In this document: piece after piece, positions 18,757 through 27,498 of the stretch | Numbering within the stretch: position 1 is the first letter of the stretch | Layout of the letters: every line of letters begins with the position of its first letter | NCBI GenBank assembly: GCA_964540475.1 | Contig: CAZIMC010000001.1 | Coordinates: 269,240-333,239, forward strand | Source: an uncultured Gammaproteobacteria bacterium | GTDB taxonomy: Bacteria > Patescibacteriota > Microgenomatia > UBA8517 | Direction of reading: 5' to 3' | Length of the DNA stretch: 64,000 bases | Made by a program: the position numbers and the translations under genes | The notes under the pieces: generated by a model | Database searches by the model: none | What the model saw: only the letters and a program-made list of their open reading frames with translations | Told to the model about the DNA's origin: nothing

Positions 18757-19272
18757 TCAGTTATTTAATTTACTTCTAACAATATTCACACACTCTTCAA
18801 TCGTAAATTTTTCGGTATCCAATATTATAGCTTGCGGAAGAAAAGTTTCATCTAGGTGGTTTTGAATTTTTTCTATGGTATCTTTTCTTAACGGTTTGCG
18901 GCAGCCTTCTTTTACTCCTGGTCTTGCTCTATCGCGCATAAGTAATGTTTTTGAAGAACAAGTAATTTGAAAGACCAAGACTTTGATTCCTAACTGTTGA
19001 GCCTCATTGGTGGCTAAGGGAATAATGAAAGGATCATAGAAAATTTTCTCCATTACAACAGAAAATCCTTGGTTCAAGAGGTATTTAAGTGCAGAAAGTG
19101 CACATTCATCTACGAACTTCTGTTCTCTTAGTTTTGCTTCGTCGGAGAAGAAATCCTTAAAATTGTCCACCTTTAACCAGACAATCCCTTCATCAAAATT
19201 ACGTAAGCTTTTTGCTAAAGTTGTCTTTCCACTCGCCGGAGCACCCCTTATAATTACTAGAAACTGATTCAT
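18757..19272 (-). CDS. P-loop NTPase / kinase (possibly PNK-like)
   Basis: Walker A GAPASGKTTLAKSL at the N-terminus; about 170 aa; stop overlaps the cca start (operon). Confidence 0.55.
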   Translation of the reverse strand: MNQFLVIIRGAPASGKTTLAKSLRNFDEGIVWLKVDNFKDFFSDEAKLREQKFVDECALSALKYLLNQGFSVVMEKIFYDPFIIPLATNEAQQLGIKVLVFQITCSSKTLLMRDRARPGVKEGCRKPLRKDTIEKIQNHLDETFLPQAIILDTEKFTIEECVNIVRSKLNN

Positions 19273-20672
19273 ATATATTTGTATATTTCTTTCATTTTTT
19301 GCAAAAGAGCTGTTTTATTGTTTTCGAGTTTTTTCTCCACCACTTCTTGAAAAAGTTTCTCGAGAATTTCGCCGACCTTTGGTCCTGAGCGAAGTCGAAG
19401 GACTTTCATTACGTCGTTGCCATCGATTTTTAAATCGCGAACTGAAAATGGCTCTTTTTGAACTTCAATAATCCTTCTTTTAAAGTCTTCATGCCGCCAG
19501 GAGGTTTCTTTAGCGCCACTTCCCAGTCGGTCTGCGACCCGTAAGATAAGCATGTCTTCGATGTTGTCTTTACCGACATTTCTAATAAACCGTCTTATCG
19601 CAGAATCGGTCTGCATTTCAGTAACTGAAAATTGATGCCAGCGAACCAAAGTAAGGAGTTTGTCTTTTTCTTTTTTAGAGAAGCGTAGTCTGTCTGCAAT
19701 ATTTGCTGCAATTTTAGTACTTACCATCTCGTGGTTGTAGAAAGTTATTACACCCGTATCCAGTTTTTTATAAGTTTGAGGTTTGCCGATATCGTGTATA
19801 AGGCAAGCAAAACGTACGACCGGATCTTGGGATTTACAGTACTTTAATGACATTAAAAGGTGTGTCCCCACATCGTAAATGTGGTGCCTGCCTGGGGACT
19901 TTTGCTCAACCCCAAATGTTTTCTCCAGTTCCGGTAGCACCTCCTCCAATAGTCCGCTTTCTCGGAAATTTAGTATTCCGTCATAAGGGTTTGGCGAAGA
20001 AAGAATTTTAAATAACTCTTCTTTAACTCTTTCCTTAGCAATTTTATTAATTAAAGTAGAATTTTCCTGGATTGCCAAAAAAGTATTTTTTTCAATGGTA
20101 AAACCCAATTGTGATGCAATACGAACAGCCCGCATCATGCGCAAAGCATCTTCTGCAAATCTCTCGCTTGGATTGCCCACTGCTCGGATTAACTTATCTT
20201 TAAGGTCGGATTGGCCACTGAAGGGATCAAGTAAGCGCATAGTGCAAAGCGCATAGTGCATGGGGTTCTTACTATTTGCTATGCCCTTTTCGCTCTGTTC
20301 TAACTTAAGAGCCATTGCATTAATCGTAAAATCCCGCCTTGCCAAATCTTCATTTAAAGATTTACCCCAAGACACCTTGTCTGGTCTTCTGTGATCCGAA
20401 TATCCGTGTTCGGTTCTAAAAGTAGTTATTTCGTACGGACTGGGGGAACTTTCGTGAACAATACCAACAGTACCGAACTGGTTATCATAAAAGCCTTCAG
20501 GAAAGATTTCGAGAATTTGTTCAGGAGTGGCGTTGGTTGTAAAATCCCAGTCTTCGACAATGTTTCCGGTCAAAATGTCACGCACTGCCCCGCCGACGAT
20601 ATAAATTTCAAATCCGGCTTTTTGAAATTTCTGGAGTATATATATAACAAATTCCGGTAGTTCAAGTTTCAT
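19269..20672 (-). CDS. cca: CCA-adding tRNA nucleotidyltransferase with C-terminal HD domain
   Basis: GGAVRDILTG...DWDFTT head motif, RRDFTINAMA, ...EDALRMMRAVR..., HD domain HDIGK. Contains an insertion of about 20 aa (ALKLEQSEKGIANSKNPMHYALCTMR) encoded by a copy of the repeat element. Confidence 0.85.
   Translation of the reverse strand: MKLELPEFVIYILQKFQKAGFEIYIVGGAVRDILTGNIVEDWDFTTNATPEQILEIFPEGFYDNQFGTVGIVHESSPSPYEITTFRTEHGYSDHRRPDKVSWGKSLNEDLARRDFTINAMALKLEQSEKGIANSKNPMHYALCTMRLLDPFSGQSDLKDKLIRAVGNPSERFAEDALRMMRAVRIASQLGFTIEKNTFLAIQENSTLINKIAKERVKEELFKILSSPNPYDGILNFRESGLLEEVLPELEKTFGVEQKSPGRHHIYDVGTHLLMSLKYCKSQDPVVRFACLIHDIGKPQTYKKLDTGVITFYNHEMVSTKIAANIADRLRFSKKEKDKLLTLVRWHQFSVTEMQTDSAIRRFIRNVGKDNIEDMLILRVADRLGSGAKETSWRHEDFKRRIIEVQKEPFSVRDLKIDGNDVMKVLRLRSGPKVGEILEKLFQEVVEKKLENNKTALLQKMKEIYKYI
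20228..20300. repeat. Copy A of the palindromic repeat family, located in-frame inside cca
   Basis: gcgcatagtgcaaagcgcatagtgcatggggttcttactatttgctatgcccttttcgctctgttctaacttaag. Shares ttcttactatgcccttt and ctttgcactatgcgc (as reverse complement) with the 26040-26130 copy. Confidence 0.6.
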
Positions 20673-20714
20673 ATACTAATTATATTACCAAATCGTGCGA
20701 TATAATATGTTTAC

Positions 20715-22400
20715 ATGCAGGATAAACGGTGGGAAGTGTTGTACAAACCCAAAACCCAAAATTCAAAATTCAATAGTGAAGAGATTGTCAATATTTTGCT
20801 TACAAATCGGGGAGTAAAGACTGAAAAACAGAAGATTGAGTTTTTTAACCCCAAAGACCCGTTAGAAATTTCTTTGAAAGAGCTTGGAATAGACGGAAAA
20901 GCTGTGGGACTTGCCATAAATCGGATTAGGCAGGCCAGAGAAAAGGAGGAAAATGTATTGGTGTATGGTGACTATGATGCGGATGGGATTTGTGCGACTG
21001 CAATTCTCTGGGAAATATTGTATGAGTTGGGGGTAAAAGCGTTACCATATATTCCCGAAAGGTTTTCCGAAGGGTATGGACTTAACATTGAAAGTATTAA
21101 AAATTTAAAGAAAAGAGACCCGAATCTTTCTTTGATTATAACCGTTGACCATGGAATAGTTGCTGAGAAAAAGGTTGATTTAGCAAGGGATTTGGGGATT
21201 GATCTGATTATTACCGATCACCATCAACCAGGAGAGAAAAAACCCAAACCGTTAAGCTTAATTCATACAACCAAAATAGGTGGAGCGGCAGTTTCCTGGG
21301 TTTTGGCCAGAGAATTAGTTAGAAATCTTAATCCCGGGAAACTTACTGTAGTAGAGCAATCCTTAGAACTTGTTGCATTGGGGACAATTGCTGATCAAAT
21401 TCCGCTAATTGGTCCAAATAGGTCGTTTGTAAGACATGGCCTTACAAAGCTTCGGTCAACCAAAAGACTTGGGTTTTTAGCACTTTTTGAGCTTGCAGGT
21501 ATTAATAGCCAGGAAATAAACCCATATCATATTGGATTTGTTATCGCACCCAGATTAAACGCAATGGGCAGACTCGAGCATGCCATGGAGTCACTTAGAC
21601 TTCTTTGTACCAAAGACAAAGTTAGGGCACAAAAATTGGCACTTCACTTAAATAAAGTTAATTTGGAACGACAGGGGGTTGTTGAAAAAGTAGTCGAGCA
21701 CGCTAAAAAAATATTGGGTAAAGATGTTGCTTCAAAAGTTATTGTTATTGCACACAAAAGTTACCACGAAGGCGTAATAGGGCTTGCTGCAAGCCGTCTG
21801 GTGGAGGAATACTACAAACCAACCATTGTTATTTCGAAAAGTGGTGAAATTTCCAAAGCCTCGGCCAGGTCAATTGCAGGCTTTAATATCATTGAAACAA
21901 TCAGGAAAATCGAAGAATATTTATTGGAGGGTGGAGGCCACCCCATGGCGGCCGGTTTTTCCATTAATACCAAAAACATCAAGCTTTTTGCCAAAAAGTT
22001 TGAGAAGCTCTCTTTGAATCTTCTGACTGAAGATATTTTAAAAAGAACATTGCGTATAGATATGGAGTTATTTTTTGATCAAATAAATGAGGGGTTACAT
22101 TCAACACTAGAAGAATTCGAACCAATTGGGCTTAACAATCCTACTCCAACATTTATTTCGCGAGGAGTAGAGGTTGTTTCAACCAGAATTATTGGCAAGG
22201 ATGGCGCACACCTTAAATTAAGCTTGAAACAGAATGAAAAAACTATTGATGCAGTTGGGTTTGGTATGGCTGCATTTTATGACTCATTAAAAAAGAGTAA
22301 TATAATTGATGTGGTTTATACAATCGACGAAAATGTCTGGAATGGAAGCCGTAGCTTGCAACTTAAGGTAAAAGATTTACGAGCCGGACTCAACAACTGA
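20715..22400 (+). CDS. recJ: Single-stranded-DNA-specific exonuclease RecJ
   Basis: DHH motifs VLVYGDYDADGICATAIL, ITVDHGI, ITDHH; DHHA1-like C-terminal region (GGGH). Confidence 0.85.
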   Translation: MQDKRWEVLYKPKTQNSKFNSEEIVNILLTNRGVKTEKQKIEFFNPKDPLEISLKELGIDGKAVGLAINRIRQAREKEENVLVYGDYDADGICATAILWEILYELGVKALPYIPERFSEGYGLNIESIKNLKKRDPNLSLIITVDHGIVAEKKVDLARDLGIDLIITDHHQPGEKKPKPLSLIHTTKIGGAAVSWVLARELVRNLNPGKLTVVEQSLELVALGTIADQIPLIGPNRSFVRHGLTKLRSTKRLGFLALFELAGINSQEINPYHIGFVIAPRLNAMGRLEHAMESLRLLCTKDKVRAQKLALHLNKVNLERQGVVEKVVEHAKKILGKDVASKVIVIAHKSYHEGVIGLAASRLVEEYYKPTIVISKSGEISKASARSIAGFNIIETIRKIEEYLLEGGGHPMAAGFSINTKNIKLFAKKFEKLSLNLLTEDILKRTLRIDMELFFDQINEGLHSTLEEFEPIGLNNPTPTFISRGVEVVSTRIIGKDGAHLKLSLKQNEKTIDAVGFGMAAFYDSLKKSNIIDVVYTIDENVWNGSRSLQLKVKDLRAGLNN

Positions 22401-22616
22401 AACAGCAGTTGTTTCTATTACTGGTTTCTCTTTTACATCTGGGTTATTATCTTTAATAGGTCGAAGTTCGGGATCGTCTGCTGGTAAACGGAAAGGTAAA
22501 ACCCCTCCGTATTCGCCGGTGGGGTAATAGCCGCGCCCAGAAGTGTCTTTTTCTTTACGTCCCATATGGTGTGCGAAATTTTCACACAAGTGCAATTTTA
22601 GAAATTGTTATCCGTA

Positions 22617-22645
22617 TTGTCAACCCTGTAAATTGCTACTACAAT
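22617..22645 (+). promoter_or_regulatory. Sigma70-like promoter TTGTCA-17-TACAAT directly upstream of aspS (near-leaderless)
   Basis: ttgtca 22617-22622, tacaat 22640-22645. The ATG at 22656 is only about 10 nt downstream of the -10 element and has no Shine-Dalgarno. Confidence 0.4.
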
Positions 22646-22655
22646 ACGAATTGTT

Positions 22656-24041
22656 ATGCAAAGAACGTTATCTATTGAAACACCGGAAAAAATAGGTAAA
22701 GAGATTATGCTTCTCGGTTGGATAGATAGTATCCGCGATCATGGAAAAATTACATTTTTGGACCTTCGCGACAGAAGCGGGCTCGTGCAATGCGTAGGTG
22801 AGAGTTTGCAGAAAGTAAGCCATGAATCGGTTGTCAGGATAGTTGGCGAAGTTGTAAAAAGACCGGAAAGACTGGTAAATCCCAACATAATAACGGGAAC
22901 CGTCGAGATACAGGTAAAAGAAATGCATGTAATATCAGAAGCAGAAGAACTCCCAATACCAGTAAGTACCGATGGCCACGATATTGATGAAGAAGTAAGA
23001 AATAAGTTCCGGTATTTAGATTTAAGACGTCCCCGAATGAGTACAAATATTAGATTGCGTTCAAAAGCTGCCCAGTTTATGAGAAACTGGTTAACTGCAC
23101 GCGATTTTGTTGAGATTGAAACTCCCATCTTAACTAAAACAACCCCTGAAGGTGCGCGGGACTTTCTTGTTCCTTCACGGCTTCAGCCTGGTAAATTCTA
23201 TGCGCTTCCCCAATCACCCCAACAATATAAGCAACTCTTGATGGTTGCAGGATTTGAGAGATATTTTCAACTTGCTCGATGCTTTCGGGATGAAGATCCA
23301 AGGAAGGATAGGGCATATGGGGAGTTTACCCAGCTTGATATTGAAATGTCGTTTGTGACACAAGAGGACATCCTACAGTTAACTGAAAGTCTGTTCACAG
23401 AATTGGTAAGAGAAATTTTCCCTGAAAAGCGAATTTCCAAATCTCCTTGGCCAAGAATATCCCACAAAGAGGCGATAGAGAAATACGGGACCGATAAACC
23501 AGACCTAAGAGAAAATAAAAATGATCCAAACGAATTGGCATTTAGTTGGACGATTGATTTTCCGCTCTTCACAGAGCAATCCCAAGAGGATTTTTACCAT
23601 GGTTCGGGAACCTCTAAATGGGCACCCTCCCATCACATGTTTACTTCCCCGCACCCTAAAGATTTGGGGTTACTTGACTCTGATCCTTCCCGTGTGAGGG
23701 GTTTACAGCACGATCTGGTGCTTAATGGCTTTGAGGTAGGCGGTGGGAGTATTAGAATTCATGATGCAATAGTGCAGCAGAAGATATTTGATTTAATTGG
23801 TTTCACCGAAAAACAAAAGAGCGAGTTTAGCCACATGCTAACAGCATTTAAATATGGAGTTCCACCCCACGGGGGAATAGCCCCAGGAGTGGACCGTTTC
23901 GTTTATGTTGCATTGGGAGAACCATCAATTCGTGAAGTTATGGCTTTTCCAGCTTCTGCGTCGGGCCAGACTGCAGTCATGGACGCTCCTTCTGAAGCCT
24001 CGACTGATCAACTTAAGGAACTCGGGATAAAATTACTGTAA
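22656..24041 (+). CDS. aspS: Aspartate--tRNA ligase (short form lacking the GAD insertion domain; possibly non-discriminating)
   Basis: Class II motifs, including FRDEDPRKDRAYGEFTQLDIEMSF (motif 2 region) and GGGSIRIHD / GIAPGVDRFV (motif 3). 461 aa versus about 590 for GAD-containing bacterial AspRS. Confidence 0.88.
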   Translation: MQRTLSIETPEKIGKEIMLLGWIDSIRDHGKITFLDLRDRSGLVQCVGESLQKVSHESVVRIVGEVVKRPERLVNPNIITGTVEIQVKEMHVISEAEELPIPVSTDGHDIDEEVRNKFRYLDLRRPRMSTNIRLRSKAAQFMRNWLTARDFVEIETPILTKTTPEGARDFLVPSRLQPGKFYALPQSPQQYKQLLMVAGFERYFQLARCFRDEDPRKDRAYGEFTQLDIEMSFVTQEDILQLTESLFTELVREIFPEKRISKSPWPRISHKEAIEKYGTDKPDLRENKNDPNELAFSWTIDFPLFTEQSQEDFYHGSGTSKWAPSHHMFTSPHPKDLGLLDSDPSRVRGLQHDLVLNGFEVGGGSIRIHDAIVQQKIFDLIGFTEKQKSEFSHMLTAFKYGVPPHGGIAPGVDRFVYVALGEPSIREVMAFPASASGQTAVMDAPSEASTDQLKELGIKLL

Positions 24042-24043
24042 AG

Positions 24044-24991
24044 ATGAAATTTCTGTTTGATGGCCGGAATCGATTATTTTTTCTATCTTATGTTTCTTTG
24101 GTGCTTATAGTTTCGGTTTCATTGGTCTCAGTTAAGGAACAATCTCTGGCCGGCGTAATAATTCAGAAAGTCAAATCTCCCTTTATGGTAAGGACCGTCT
24201 CTAATGTTTCATTAATGCCGGTTTTAGCATCTACTACCGATTTTCCGATTCTTACGGCCCAGAGTGTTATTGCAGTCGATCTTGATTCTGGTGTTACGCT
24301 ATATGAGAAAAACCCAGACAATAAACTTCTTCCGGCTTCAACGACCAAAATAATGACAGCATTAGTTGCGCTCGACCATTACCCCAAGGAGTATGTGCTC
24401 GAAGTCGGAAATGTGAGCGTAATTGGGCAAAAGATGGGGCTTATTAGTGGTGAAAAAATAACAGTTGAGAATCTTTTATACGGGCTTTTAGTTTTTTCTG
24501 CCAACGACGCAGCTGAGGTATTAGCGGCAAGTTACCCCGGGGGAAGACAACTTTTCATTGAGGCGATGAACCTAAAGGCGCAAGAATTATATCTAACCAA
24601 AACACATTTTGAGAATCCCACAGGCCTTGACAGCGCAAACCACTATTCAACTGCAAGGGATATGGTAAGGCTTGCAGAAGTGGCAATGAGGGATCCTTTT
24701 TTCGCCCAAATTGTAGCCACAAGCGAGAAAACTGTAACAAGTGTTGACGGACAGTTTGTGCACCGGTTAAGAAATATCAATGAGCTTCTGCGAACCGTCG
24801 AGGGTGTAAAGGGGGTCAAAACCGGCTGGACGGCTAACGCCCGAGAAAATCTGGTTACATATATAAAGCGTGACGGTAGATCAATTTTAATAGGGATACT
24901 TGGAAGTCAGGATAGATTTGGAGAAACAAAAGAACTTATTGATTGGGTATTTGAGAATTACAGTTGGGAAAGTGTCCGTTATTCACCGTAA
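24044..24991 (+). CDS. D-alanyl-D-alanine carboxypeptidase (peptidase S11, PBP5-like)
   Basis: SxxK ASTTKIM, SxN SAND, KTG KTGWT; N-terminal TM/signal. Confidence 0.82.
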   Translation: MKFLFDGRNRLFFLSYVSLVLIVSVSLVSVKEQSLAGVIIQKVKSPFMVRTVSNVSLMPVLASTTDFPILTAQSVIAVDLDSGVTLYEKNPDNKLLPASTTKIMTALVALDHYPKEYVLEVGNVSVIGQKMGLISGEKITVENLLYGLLVFSANDAAEVLAASYPGGRQLFIEAMNLKAQELYLTKTHFENPTGLDSANHYSTARDMVRLAEVAMRDPFFAQIVATSEKTVTSVDGQFVHRLRNINELLRTVEGVKGVKTGWTANARENLVTYIKRDGRSILIGILGSQDRFGETKELIDWVFENYSWESVRYSP

Positions 24992-26022
24992 TAGTCGGCT
25001 GTTACGGCTGGGACAAAAGCCAAGAACCCATTGTCACCCTCAAAGGCAACAACTGGTTGATAGAAGTCGCTTGGGACATTGGGATCAAAGTAGGCAAGAT
25101 ATATTTTTCGGATCGTCACCATTCCATTGGGATTGTTTCCAGGTGAAGCAATGTATCCGCCCCCACCGTTCAACTCATTCAAGGCAATTTCGGCAGTTTT
25201 TATAGGATAGGTCGCAAATCTTTGTTCGTCTACAGGGAAATATTGATATTGGCCAGCGATGATTTGTTTACCTCTTTCTCTTGAACCTGAAACGATAAAC
25301 CAGACATTACTTTGTTTAGTGTTAGCAGTCAAGCTGGGCATATTTTCAAAGCTTTTTCTGAAAAAGTTAATCTTCGTAAAATTGGCCTCGGATAGAGAAA
25401 TTGCTCCGATTAGATTACGGTCCTCGACCTTTAAGAACTCATGTTCCGTGGATCCCGTTAAGTCCGCGGGTAGCAGTTCTGCTGCCGACAGGAAAGACCT
25501 AATTTGAGTAGCTGCGATTTCTGGTGCTGGAGCCCGCAAGTCCACAATTACGGGATCTGACGCTAGATTTGTGCTAATCGAAAAAGCACCCGAGACAATG
25601 TTGATCTCGATCCTTGAATCAGTAGTCTGATTACTAAACCTATACACGGTTTCTGAAACTGATTCCTCTACGTCAAACCCTAATGTACGCGCCTTCGATC
25701 TGGCATTGTCTAGTGATAGTAACGTAGGAGATAGCTTGGGCATAAAGTATACCTTTGCTTGCAAAGGAAGTGTGGGTAAATCTCCTGTTGGAGTTTCAAC
25801 CCTAAGTTGTGTAATTGCCGGCCTATCTTTTACTGGAAAGTTAATTCTGGGAAGTCGCCCAAAAGTTAAAGTTGGCGGTGGGGGAGGCTCGGGGAAGTAG
25901 TGCCTGTAAACACCAACTCCAATATCTAAACTGACCTTTCCAATAATTAGAAAAATTGCAAAAAATAGACCCCAACGGATAACTTTGCGTGTTGCGATTG
26001 CTACATGTGTTAGTCTGGTCAT
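24979..26022 (-). CDS. Hypothetical membrane-anchored protein (N-terminal TM, Pro-rich linker)
   Basis: ORF 347 aa; TM near the N-terminus, then PEPPPPPT; no catalytic motif recognised. 3' end overlaps the dac 3' end by 13 nt (convergent). Confidence 0.45.
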   Translation of the reverse strand: MTRLTHVAIATRKVIRWGLFFAIFLIIGKVSLDIGVGVYRHYFPEPPPPPTLTFGRLPRINFPVKDRPAITQLRVETPTGDLPTLPLQAKVYFMPKLSPTLLSLDNARSKARTLGFDVEESVSETVYRFSNQTTDSRIEINIVSGAFSISTNLASDPVIVDLRAPAPEIAATQIRSFLSAAELLPADLTGSTEHEFLKVEDRNLIGAISLSEANFTKINFFRKSFENMPSLTANTKQSNVWFIVSGSRERGKQIIAGQYQYFPVDEQRFATYPIKTAEIALNELNGGGGYIASPGNNPNGMVTIRKIYLAYFDPNVPSDFYQPVVAFEGDNGFLAFVPAVTADYYGE

Positions 26023-26039
26023 AGTTTAGTACACAGAGC

Positions 26040-26130
26040 ATAGAATATAGTGCATAGTGTGGAGACTATCATTAAAATATTCTTACTATGCCCTTTGCAC
26101 TATGCGCTATTAACTCCCTTAAGTATATCT
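26040..26130. repeat. Copy B of the palindromic repeat family (upstream of gltX)
   Basis: tagaatatagtgcatagtgtggag ... ttcttactatgccctttgcactatgcgctattaactcccttaag. The right arm is the reverse complement of the left arm of the 20228-20300 copy (gcgcatagtgcaaag / ctttgcactatgcgc). Confidence 0.6.
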
Positions 26131-26200
26131 TTTAACCAATCTTACTTCAATTTATTCTTTTGTGGCGGAAAGTAGGTAAACGCGATACAATTCAAATAAT

Positions 26201-27496
26201 ATGTCACAGAAAGTTGATCCTAAAACAGTGCGTGTTCGCATCGCACCTTCCCCTACAGGTTTTGCCCATGTGGGTACTGGCTATACAGCGCTTTTTAACT
26301 ATGCGTTTGCTAGGAAAAACAATGGAACTTTTGTGGTTCGTATCGAGGACACAGATATTAAGCGAAACATGGAGGGTGCGGAAAAGGCGATATTTGAAGG
26401 TTTAACCTGGTTGGGACTTACCTGGGACGAAAGCGCCGATAAAGGTGGAGAATTTGCTCCATACAGACAGTCGGAGAAGCTATCAATTTATCAGCAAAAA
26501 GCGCGAGAACTGGTTGATTTGGGGTTAGCATATGAAGATGAGGGGGCAATAAGATTCAAAAACCCCGGTAATGACGTATCTTGGGAAGACCTAGTGCGAG
26601 GAAAAGTTACTTTCCCGGGAGGAGAAATAACTGATTTTGTAATTCTAAAGTCGGACGGGTATCCTACATACAATTTTGCAGTTGTTGTTGATGATATATA
26701 CATGCAGATAAGTCATGTTATCCGTGGGGAGGAACACATTTCCAATACTCCCAGGCAGCTAGCGCTTTACAAAGCATTTGAAGTTTCTCCTCCACAGTTT
26801 GCTCATCATGTAACTCTCAGGGGAGTTGATCGGAAAAAACTCTCGAAAAGGCGTGACCCCGTAAATTTAAGTATTTATAAAGATCAGGGCTACTTACCTG
26901 AGGCGCTGGTTAACTTTTTATGCAACTTGGGTTGGTCTCACCCTGAAGGTAAAGAAATTTTTCCATTAAGTGAATTTGTCGAACTCTTTGACATTAAGAG
27001 GTTTAGAAAAGCCGGGCCGGTATTTGATTTAAATAAACTTGATTGGATTAATGGTGAATATATAAGGAAACTATCAGATGAGAGCTTGAAATCAAAGTTC
27101 AAGGACCAAAGTCTAAAATTTGCAAGCCTTCCGGAGGCTAAACAATTAGAAATAACCAAGATTGTAAAAGATAGAATAAAGAAACTCTCCGACTTAGATG
27201 CTCTGGCGGGCTTTTTCTTTGAAAAAAGAGAGGTAGATCAGAGTTTATTCACACATGATTATAAAAAACATCTAGACACTGCTTTCGAAATATTAAATAA
27301 AATAAAGAATTGGGAGAAGGGAGAAGTAGACAAGACTATGTTGGGGGCGGTTAAGAGTAATAATTACAAAACTGGGGATTTTTTTATGGATTTAAGAATT
27401 GCGATAACAGGCGCGAAGTTTACGCCACCCATCAATGATTCGTTAATAATTTTGGGTAAAAAAGAAACTCTTGCTAGAATAAAGATACATCTATAA
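26201..27496 (+). CDS. gltX: Glutamate--tRNA ligase
   Basis: HIGH region PSPTGFAHVGTGYTAL, KMSKS variant KLSKR; class I catalytic core; 431 aa. Confidence 0.88.
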   Translation: MSQKVDPKTVRVRIAPSPTGFAHVGTGYTALFNYAFARKNNGTFVVRIEDTDIKRNMEGAEKAIFEGLTWLGLTWDESADKGGEFAPYRQSEKLSIYQQKARELVDLGLAYEDEGAIRFKNPGNDVSWEDLVRGKVTFPGGEITDFVILKSDGYPTYNFAVVVDDIYMQISHVIRGEEHISNTPRQLALYKAFEVSPPQFAHHVTLRGVDRKKLSKRRDPVNLSIYKDQGYLPEALVNFLCNLGWSHPEGKEIFPLSEFVELFDIKRFRKAGPVFDLNKLDWINGEYIRKLSDESLKSKFKDQSLKFASLPEAKQLEITKIVKDRIKKLSDLDALAGFFFEKREVDQSLFTHDYKKHLDTAFEILNKIKNWEKGEVDKTMLGAVKSNNYKTGDFFMDLRIAITGAKFTPPINDSLIILGKKETLARIKIHL

Positions 27497-27498
27497 AT

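Noticed and set aside
22490-22530. T-box-like sequence ccggtggggtaatagccgcg upstream of aspS
   Set aside because: Only a vague resemblance to the T-box core (AGGGUGGNACCGCG); no specifier hairpin or antiterminator could be drawn. The promoter lies downstream of it.
22377-22595. 72-aa minus-strand ORF between recJ and aspS
   Set aside because: Overlaps the recJ 3' end and the aspS promoter region; no RBS and no recognisable motif. Left unannotated; protein status very uncertain.
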